From Gammaproteobacteria bacterium (GTDB lineage Bacteria > Pseudomonadota > Gammaproteobacteria > Steroidobacterales > Foliamicaceae): a stretch of 64,000 bases of DNA. Made by a program: the position numbers and the translations under genes. This document shows, one piece after another, positions 57,475-64,000 of the stretch. Position 1 is the first letter of the stretch; every line of letters starts with the position of its first letter. The DNA is taken from positions 1,410,403-1,474,402 of the forward strand of contig OY762064.1 of assembly GCA_963665145.1 (NCBI GenBank), in the 5' to 3' direction. A model generated the notes under the pieces. The model was not told the origin of the DNA, ran no database searches, and saw only the letters and a program-made list of their open reading frames with translations.

Positions 57475-59094
57475 ATGAAGTACGACTTCCGAACATTTCA
57501 GGGAGACGTGTTCGGAGGGATCACCTCGGCGGTGGTGGCGCTTCCCGTGGCGCTGGCCTTCGGGATCGCCTCCGGGCTGGGTGCGGAGGCCGGCATTTAC
57601 GGCGCCATTGCGGTCGGTTTCTTTGCCTCGGTATTCGGCGGCACCCGATCGCAGATTTCAGGCCCGACTCCGTCCATGACCGTGGCCATGGCGGTAATCA
57701 TCTCCGCCCACGCAGACTCTTCGTTCACCAAAGCACTGATCATCGTGGTCCTGGCGGGCCTGATACAGGTGCTGCTCGGCGTGCTGCGCATCGGGCGCTT
57801 CGTGGTGTATACCCCACACGTGGTGGTCTCCGGGTTCATGTCCGGCATCGGCATCATCATCATGCTGATACAGGTACTGCCCTTCCTGGGCGCGCCTACC
57901 TCACCGCAGGGGCCGATGGGCGCGCTGGGGGACCTGCCGGAGGCGCTTGCAAACGTCAACATGAGCGCGCTGGCGATTGCCACCGTAGCTCTTGTGATTG
58001 CAGTGTTCTGGCCGAAGCGCCTGTCGCGGATGGCCCCGGCTCCGCTGGTCGCACTGGTGGTCGGAGCCGTGCTCGGAATTTTCTGGCTGACCGGGGCGCC
58101 CGAGATCGGGACGATTCCCGAGGGATTGCCTGCCTTGAGTTTTGAGATGCCGTCCGGCGCTTTCCTGCTGGGCGCCCTGCAACCGGCGATCATTCTGGCC
58201 CTGCTCGGTTCCGTGGATAGCCTGCTGACTTCACTGGTAGCCGACGCGATGACCGGCACGCGCCACAAACCGGACAAGGAACTGGTGGGTCAGGGAATCG
58301 GCAACATCGTCTCAGGGCTGTTCAGCGGCATGCCGGGCGCCGGCGCCACGATCGGGACCGTAACCAATATCCGGGCGGGAGGCAGCACGCCGGTTTCCGG
58401 CGTAATTCGCGCACTGTTCCTGCTGGCGCTGTTACTGGGCGGCGGCAAATACCTGGAGCCGATTCCACACGCCGTACTGGCCGGGATCCTGATGAAGATC
58501 GGCTGGGACATCGTCGACTGGAGGCTGCTGCTGCGAATTCACCGCCTGCGGCGGGACCACCTGGTAATCATGCTCATGACCCTGCTGCTGACGGTGGCCG
58601 TGGACCTGGTCACCGCCGTGGCGATCGGCCTGATTGTTGCGGGCATGAACCACGCCCGGCAACTCAAGGGGCTGGAACTCGACAGCGTGGTCTCGGTACC
58701 GGTCCTGGACCGGGTCTTCTTTGAAGGCGAAAAGGACATGGAGATCAGCGATCCCTTGCAGGCGCGGGTGGGAATGGTGGCCCTGCGCGGGACGCTCACC
58801 GTGGCCTCGTCGCGCAACCTGGTCAGCGTTATCGGCGCGGACATCAGGGAGCACGAGGTGGTTGTCTTCGACTTCTCGGAGGCGCTGTACCTGGACGACA
58901 GCGCCGCCATGGTCATCGAGCAACTCCTGGATGTCGCCAGGGAGTCCAGCACCCGTGTGATCGTCATGGGATTGTCGGGAAGCGTTCAGGAAATGATCGA
59001 TACCCTGGAGGTCCTGAGGAAGCTGCCGGCAAACCGCGTCGTGAACAGGCTGGAAGAAGCGCGCGGGATCGCGCGGGAATTGCTGGGCGGCTAA
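57475..59094 (+). CDS. SulP family inorganic anion transporter with C-terminal STAS domain
   Basis: 539-aa ORF: GDVFGGITSAVVALPVALAFGIASG is the typical SulP N-terminus. Polytopic core, with a STAS-like tail (VVVFDFSEALYLDDSAAMVIEQL). Confidence 0.88.
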   Translation: MKYDFRTFQGDVFGGITSAVVALPVALAFGIASGLGAEAGIYGAIAVGFFASVFGGTRSQISGPTPSMTVAMAVIISAHADSSFTKALIIVVLAGLIQVLLGVLRIGRFVVYTPHVVVSGFMSGIGIIIMLIQVLPFLGAPTSPQGPMGALGDLPEALANVNMSALAIATVALVIAVFWPKRLSRMAPAPLVALVVGAVLGIFWLTGAPEIGTIPEGLPALSFEMPSGAFLLGALQPAIILALLGSVDSLLTSLVADAMTGTRHKPDKELVGQGIGNIVSGLFSGMPGAGATIGTVTNIRAGGSTPVSGVIRALFLLALLLGGGKYLEPIPHAVLAGILMKIGWDIVDWRLLLRIHRLRRDHLVIMLMTLLLTVAVDLVTAVAIGLIVAGMNHARQLKGLELDSVVSVPVLDRVFFEGEKDMEISDPLQARVGMVALRGTLTVASSRNLVSVIGADIREHEVVVFDFSEALYLDDSAAMVIEQLLDVARESSTRVIVMGLSGSVQEMIDTLEVLRKLPANRVVNRLEEARGIARELLGG

Positions 59095-59104
59095 CGGACC
59101 CGGT

Positions 59105-61102
59105 TCAGTCAGGCAGGGCGAAAGCCACCAGCGCGTCCGATTGCGCCGTTCCGGCGCGGGCATTGCCGCCGGCCGTAATCACCACATATTGCCGTCCGCC
59201 GGCCTGATAGGTAATCGGCACCGTCATCCCGGGGGCCGGCAGTTCGCCGGCCCACAGCTCCTCGCCGGTCTCCACGTCCAGGGCGCGGATATTTTGGTCC
59301 ATGGTGGAAGCCACGAAAACCAGCCCGCCCGCCGTCACGATCGGCCCGCCCACACTGGGCGAACCCCAGCCGAAAGCCGCCGGCAGGGTAATGCCCATGG
59401 CCCGCAATCGACCGAGAGGAATCTTCCAGCGCAGCTCGCCGCTGTCCATATCGATCGCACTCAGCGTGCCCCAGGGCGGCGGCGTGCAGGGAAACCCCGA
59501 GGGTGACATCCAAACCTCGCCTTGCACGCGGTACGGCGTTCCGCGCAACGGCCGGTTCAGGTAGTCCCTGGGACCCTCGTGCTCCTCCTCTTCCGCCGGA
59601 ACGAAGCGGAGCCAGGTAGCCAGGTTCTCCGCCTTGATGATCAGCAGGTTGGTGCCCGGATCGAAGGCCGCGCCACCCCAATTGCCGCCACCCAGAGCCG
59701 ACGGAAACAGGATGCTGCCGCGCTCGCTGGGCGGTGTGTAGAGGCCGTCGTAACGCGACTCGTCGAAGCGCTTGCGGCACCAGTTCCGGTCCAGGAATGT
59801 CAGGCCGAACAGGCTCTCCCGGTCCAGTTCCTGACGCGCGAAGGACGCGATGCCGGACGGAATCGGCTGCGTGGGCCAGGCGGTCTCGCCAGGCACGTCG
59901 GACGGCGGCATTTCCGTTTCTTCGATGGGAAACACGGGTTCGCCGCTGGCCCGGTCCAGGACGAACAGGTGGCCGCTCTTGGTCTGCTGAATGGCCACGT
60001 CGCGGCTCTTGCCGTCCTTGCGGATCGTGACCAGCAGCGGATGGCCGGGCAGGTCGTAGTCGTAGAGGTCGTGATGGGTGGTCTGGAACGACCAGCGCGG
60101 CCTGCCTGTTGCGCCGTCAACGGCCACCACCGCGTTGGCCAGCGGCAGATTCACGCGCCGGCCGACGCCGTAATAGTCGGCCGACGGGCTGGTGGTCGGC
60201 AGGAACACCAGGTTCAGACCGGGATCGGCGCTCATCGTCGTCCATACGTTGGCCGCCCCGGTAACCGCACTCTGTTCGGGGGGGATGGGATTGAACTCCC
60301 AGACCATTTCACCGCTGCGCACGTCAAAGGCCCGCACCACCCCGTCGATGGCATCGGCCACTCCGTCGTCGGAGCCGCTGCCCGCAATGACCCGATCACC
60401 GAGCACGACCGGCGGCGATGACATGCCGCGGACCGCGCCTTCACCGTAACCTTGGTAGTCCCAGTGCGATACGTAGCCCGGATGCCCCCTGGCGGCGCCG
60501 AAGTCCCGGCAGCTTTCGCCGGTCAGCGCGTCGATGGCGTGGACCGCGCCGGTGAAGTCACCCTTGAAGATACGTTTGGCGCAGGGCCCGGACGATCCGT
60601 CCGCCTGCGCCCAATAGGCCAGTCCCCGGCAAATGCTCGGCCGTCTCTCGCCGGCCCGTTCCGCTTCGCCCCCGACAAGCGCGGCATGCGCATCATAGAC
60701 CCAGACCTGCTCTCCGCTTGCGGCATCGACGGCAAACACGCGGTTGAACGGGGTGCAGAAATACAGCAGTCCGTTGGCCATCAGCGGCACGGCTTCCTGC
60801 GAAGAGCCGGTCCTCAGCCCGCCTTCGGCATAGTCGCCGCTGTGGTGTACCCAGACCCGCTCCAGGCGGGCGACGTTGTCCCGGGTGATTTGCGCCAGCG
60901 GCGAGTATTGGCTGCCGCCTGCGTCGCGCCCGAAATTAGGCCAGTCCCCCGCCGCGCCGTTGGTGGTATCCGCGGGCTCCTGGGCGTGCAAGCCGAATCC
61001 TGCCAGCAGCAAGCATGCGGCGGCGAGCAGGACGTGATTTGTCCGCCGCGAACCGAACACAGCTTTCCAGCGCATCGGCGCCCCCGGTTCCGGGAACACC
61101 AT
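59105..61102 (-). CDS. PQQ-dependent dehydrogenase, soluble periplasmic (glucose/quinate-like quinoprotein)
   Basis: 665-aa ORF with a signal peptide (alternative start ATG 61075: MRWKAVFGSRRTNHVLLAAACLLLAGFGLHA). DWPNFGRDAGGSQYSPLAQITRDNVARLERVW and repeated W-containing beta-propeller blades. Confidence 0.8.
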   Translation of the reverse strand: MVFPEPGAPMRWKAVFGSRRTNHVLLAAACLLLAGFGLHAQEPADTTNGAAGDWPNFGRDAGGSQYSPLAQITRDNVARLERVWVHHSGDYAEGGLRTGSSQEAVPLMANGLLYFCTPFNRVFAVDAASGEQVWVYDAHAALVGGEAERAGERRPSICRGLAYWAQADGSSGPCAKRIFKGDFTGAVHAIDALTGESCRDFGAARGHPGYVSHWDYQGYGEGAVRGMSSPPVVLGDRVIAGSGSDDGVADAIDGVVRAFDVRSGEMVWEFNPIPPEQSAVTGAANVWTTMSADPGLNLVFLPTTSPSADYYGVGRRVNLPLANAVVAVDGATGRPRWSFQTTHHDLYDYDLPGHPLLVTIRKDGKSRDVAIQQTKSGHLFVLDRASGEPVFPIEETEMPPSDVPGETAWPTQPIPSGIASFARQELDRESLFGLTFLDRNWCRKRFDESRYDGLYTPPSERGSILFPSALGGGNWGGAAFDPGTNLLIIKAENLATWLRFVPAEEEEHEGPRDYLNRPLRGTPYRVQGEVWMSPSGFPCTPPPWGTLSAIDMDSGELRWKIPLGRLRAMGITLPAAFGWGSPSVGGPIVTAGGLVFVASTMDQNIRALDVETGEELWAGELPAPGMTVPITYQAGGRQYVVITAGGNARAGTAQSDALVAFALPD

Positions 61103-61119
61103 CTTTCCCGGCCCGGTGC

Positions 61120-62295
61120 TTATGCGTCGCGCGTGGCGTGGACCCGGCCGAAGAACAGCACGCCCTTTTCAGCTTCGCGCACCGTAAATCCGGTCTTTGC
61201 GATCTCGGTGGGGAAATGAATGCTCGCAAACTCGTTGCGCCACACCTCGTTGTTCCAACGATGGTCCCACCAGCGCCGAAAACGGCGATAACCCGTCGGC
61301 GGACGCTCGTCGCTCGGAAAATCAAACGGCTGAAACACGCCGCCGGGACGCGTGATCCGATGGACTTCCCTGACGATCGCACGGGTAATTTCCGCCGGGG
61401 TCTCGTGAAACACGATGTACGAAGCCACCAGGTCGAAATAGTTGTCCGGAAAGTCCGTGGCCTCGGCCAGCTCCTGAACAAAGTGCAATTCCTTGCCGAG
61501 GTCCGCGGCGCGCATGTGCGCATAGCGGACCATCGGGGCGGATACGTCCAGGCCCCAAACCTCGGCATCGGGGAAACGGTCTTTCAGCGCCAGGGTCAAT
61601 TGGCCGGGACCGCAGGCCAGATCGAGAATCCGCAAGACCTTGCCGTCCTCGGGTGGTTCGACCGCGGCCGCCAGTTGCGCGTGCACTTCGTCCTGGTCGT
61701 TATGGCCCATGTAGAAATGGTTGGTGCCGTAGTGATAGATATGTCCGGCAAAGGGATCGCCGACATAGCCGCCGGGCTGGATGTGGATCTCGTGGGCCGC
61801 ATACTCGGGAACCTTGAGGTCCGGGTTCAGCTTCACGGTGCCGGGCCCGGCCTTGTCGGCCGCGTCCATCTCCGCCAGATAATCGTCTGCGTGGCTGTGG
61901 AACTCGTCCTGCAACAGCTTCCAGCTGATCTGCTGACCGCTGACCCAGTAGCGCATGCTGGCGCCGATCACCGGATCGCCTTCCAGCATTTCGCGTATGG
62001 CTTCCAGCGACAGGCTGGCAGGATTCACCTCATTGGCCTTGAAGATTTCCCCGGCGCGAACTTGCGCAGCCCGGCCCAGCGGTCCGTTAGACCACACCCG
62101 GAATCCGGTCAGGAAATCCTGGTGGCTTTCCAGGTCCAGGCTGGGCAAACGCTCCAGCTTGCCGATGCTGCCGCGGGGCTCGAAGTCATACGGCGGTGAA
62201 GGCGCACGGGCCGCGGAAGCACGCGCCTTGCGAGTGCCGGCCGTTGCCGAAAAAGCCGCCGCCAAAGCGCCCAATATTGTGCGTCGATTCATCAT
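61120..62295 (-). CDS. Class I SAM-methyltransferase-fold protein with twin-arginine-like signal
   Basis: 391-aa ORF: MMNRRTILGALAAAFSATAGTRKARA. Methyltransferase motif I ILDLACGPGQLT and later motifs (DLVASYIVFHE, RPGGVF). ATGA overlap with the upstream small gene. Confidence 0.7.
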   Translation of the reverse strand: MMNRRTILGALAAAFSATAGTRKARASAARAPSPPYDFEPRGSIGKLERLPSLDLESHQDFLTGFRVWSNGPLGRAAQVRAGEIFKANEVNPASLSLEAIREMLEGDPVIGASMRYWVSGQQISWKLLQDEFHSHADDYLAEMDAADKAGPGTVKLNPDLKVPEYAAHEIHIQPGGYVGDPFAGHIYHYGTNHFYMGHNDQDEVHAQLAAAVEPPEDGKVLRILDLACGPGQLTLALKDRFPDAEVWGLDVSAPMVRYAHMRAADLGKELHFVQELAEATDFPDNYFDLVASYIVFHETPAEITRAIVREVHRITRPGGVFQPFDFPSDERPPTGYRRFRRWWDHRWNNEVWRNEFASIHFPTEIAKTGFTVREAEKGVLFFGRVHATRDA

Positions 62296-62651
62296 GACTG
62301 GCGCCTCCGCATGTCAAAAAGGCTGCGGTCCAGGGGCGGTGTTTGATCGGTGCGCGAAGCGCCCACGGTGATCGAACCGAAGGTGCGCTCGATGAAACGG
62401 TCGCGCTCCTCCCGCCAGGCGGCTTCCTCTTCCGCACTCGGCTGATACGACTCGATCATCTCTCGCGTAACCTTGCCGTGGTCCTCCAGCAAGCGCTCGG
62501 TGATCTTCATCCGCCGGGCCTGCACCCAGAGCTCGGTGCTGATCGATACCAGCGCCGTCATCATGTGGTCCAGCGCCGGGTCCGCCATGAAGGTGGCCTG
62601 GTCCGTATCGGACTTGATGAAATCGGCTGTATAGCCAGGATTGTCGCTCAT
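62292..62651 (-). CDS. Small acidic hypothetical protein (119 aa from ATG 62651)
   Basis: ORF 62292..62666 (TTG). ATG 62651 is preferred because GGGAGA lies 7 nt upstream. Helical, acidic sequence with no recognisable motif. The stop overlaps the methyltransferase start. Confidence 0.55.
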   Translation of the reverse strand: MSDNPGYTADFIKSDTDQATFMADPALDHMMTALVSISTELWVQARRMKITERLLEDHGKVTREMIESYQPSAEEEAAWREERDRFIERTFGSITVGASRTDQTPPLDRSLFDMRRRQS

Positions 62652-62677
62652 AAGCAAATCTCCCAATCTGTTTCGAA

Positions 62678-62683
62678 ATTATA
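62678..62683 (-). promoter_or_regulatory. Candidate -10 element (perfect TATAAT on minus strand)
   Basis: The plus-strand attata at 62678-62683 reads TATAAT on the minus strand. It lies 27 nt upstream of ATG 62651 and just downstream of the helicase stop (62711). The -35 is weak. Confidence 0.4.
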
Positions 62684-62710
62684 GGCGCTGTCCGCAGACG
62701 CCCTTGCCGA

Positions 62711-64000
62711 CTACCCGGCGCGCAGACTCAGGATCCGGTCGATGCGGAACATGCGTTCGTCTTCCCGCAAGCGGCAATAGGCGCGCATCCCGAGAAACTC
62801 TTTGCCGGAGTACGAACTCGGGCCGACTTCCACGGGCCGCACGCGACGGCGGGTGCGAACGTCGTTGCGTTTCAGGTATTCCATGTCGATATCGCTGTCG
62901 CCGGCTATCGCTTCCTCGATGATCTTCAGTTTGGCCTCGGTGCTGAGCGAGCGCTCCGCACGACGGTATTGCTCGCCGGTGAGGAAGTGCTGCACCCGCC
63001 AGTCGCAACGTATGGACCCCGCCGTTAGCGGCCGGGTCAGGACCAGTCCATCCAGCGACGTACAGCGGCTCAAGGCGACGTAGGTCTGGCCGGCCGCGAA
63101 CACGCGATCCAGATCGATGATCATGCGGTCGAAGGTCTTGCCCTGGCTCTTGTGAACGGTAACCGCCCAGGCCAGGCGGAAGGGAAACTGGGTGAAGGTG
63201 CCGGCCGGGCTGGACACGATGGCCCCGTCCAGGGCCTCGAACGAGATCAACTCCCATTCGTACGGCTCGACCCGCGCCCGGCGACCGGAATCCGCAAGCC
63301 GAACGACGATATATTCCTCGCCGGCCCCGATCCGGACCTCTTCGATCCTGCCGATGCTGCCATTGACCCAGCGTTGCGCCGAGTCGTTGTTCAGCATCAT
63401 GACCTGGGCGCCGGCCTTGAAACGCAGCCTGGATTCCGTCGGGTAATACTCGCGGCCGAAGTCACCGCGGATCAGCGCATCAAAGAGATGCTCCGGGGCC
63501 GAAAGGGCATCCAGGCGCTCCCGGTTGATCCCCCCGGCCGCACGGTTGGTGCCGGTCAGCGTGATATGGCCCTCGCCCTGGGGCGGTTCGAAATACGGAT
63601 CCACGCGTTGATTCAGAAGTTCCAGGTCGCCGTTGTCCAGCGTGTTCTTGCGGATGCGGTTCAACAGGCGCACGAACTCCCGGTCACGCTGGCGAAAAAC
63701 GCGCGTGAGTTCGATCATTTCAAGCTCCAGGCCCTCAAGCGCGCGGGCGCAGAAAAAGTGCGGGGAGGCGTATAACTGCCGGAGCGCGTCGCGCTCCAGC
63801 CCCGTGACCACCGGGGGAAGCTGGTACAGGTCGCCGATGAAAACCATGTGCACGCCGCCGAAGGGCTCTCCCGGACGCGGACCGTGCATTTTCAGGAAGG
63901 TGTCCACGCAGTCGAGCAGGTCGGCGCGCAGCATCGATACCTCGTCGATGATCAGCGTGCGCAGGCTCTTGTACAGCCCCGGGTTGCGTGGTTTGCCACG
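62711..64000 (-). CDS. Pif1/RecD-like superfamily 1 DNA helicase with WYL-like C-terminal domain (5' end outside window)
   Basis: ORF 62711..63934 continues in frame to the window edge. My translation of 63935-64000 reads RGKPRNPGLYKSLRTLIIDEVSM, which is the Walker B/DExx motif. Also GDLYQLPPV, VHKSQGKTF, YVALSRC. The C-terminus MRAYCRLREDERMFRIDRILSLR resembles a WYL domain. Confidence 0.8.
   Translation of the reverse strand, partial: RGKPRNPGLYKSLRTLIIDEVSMLRADLLDCVDTFLKMHGPRPGEPFGGVHMVFIGDLYQLPPVVTGLERDALRQLYASPHFFCARALEGLELEMIELTRVFRQRDREFVRLLNRIRKNTLDNGDLELLNQRVDPYFEPPQGEGHITLTGTNRAAGGINRERLDALSAPEHLFDALIRGDFGREYYPTESRLRFKAGAQVMMLNNDSAQRWVNGSIGRIEEVRIGAGEEYIVVRLADSGRRARVEPYEWELISFEALDGAIVSSPAGTFTQFPFRLAWAVTVHKSQGKTFDRMIIDLDRVFAAGQTYVALSRCTSLDGLVLTRPLTAGSIRCDWRVQHFLTGEQYRRAERSLSTEAKLKIIEEAIAGDSDIDMEYLKRNDVRTRRRVRPVEVGPSSYSGKEFLGMRAYCRLREDERMFRIDRILSLRAG

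Overview
This window is GC-rich (roughly two-thirds G+C by eye, not computed), densely coding chromosomal DNA with gammaproteobacterium-like core synteny. Recognisable blocks are lgt-thyA, lptD-surA-pdxA-rsmA, lipB-dacA-rlpA-mltB-rodA-mrdA-mreDCB divergent from gatCAB, priA, pntAA/AB/B and acs. By eye I found no rRNA, tRNA, CRISPR array, transposase or integrase.

Several accessory-looking modules sit between the housekeeping blocks:
- (1) 1-8044: an ECF sigma / RskA-type anti-sigma pair heads an eight-gene operon joined mostly by 4-nt start/stop overlaps. It encodes a membrane-anchored alpha/beta hydrolase, two tandem ~500-aa membrane-anchored ferrochelatase-fold paralogs, and a MacAB-like adaptor/ATPase/permease exporter. 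This is my best candidate for an undescribed system.
- (2) 35.1-39.3 kb: two divergent Tat-signal flavin amine oxidases plus a secreted CpcT/CpeT (bilin-lyase family) homolog.
- (3) 54.2-57.4 kb: tandem FAD oxidoreductase paralogs that each keep a promoter-like element.
- (4) 59.1-62.7 kb: a PQQ dehydrogenase, a Tat-signal methyltransferase-fold protein and a coupled small acidic protein.
- (5) Window end: a Pif1/RecD-like helicase with a WYL-like C-terminus, cut by the window edge.

Other observations:
- A perfect 32-bp inverted repeat lies between apaG and apaH.
- A 153-nt tract is perfectly identical between the two chelatase-like paralogs, suggesting gene conversion.
- pdxA lacks a canonical start codon where its conserved N-terminus begins.
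- apaGH is inverted relative to rsmA.

All calls come from reading the ORF translations and the sequence by eye. No database searches or computations were run, and start codons are often uncertain.
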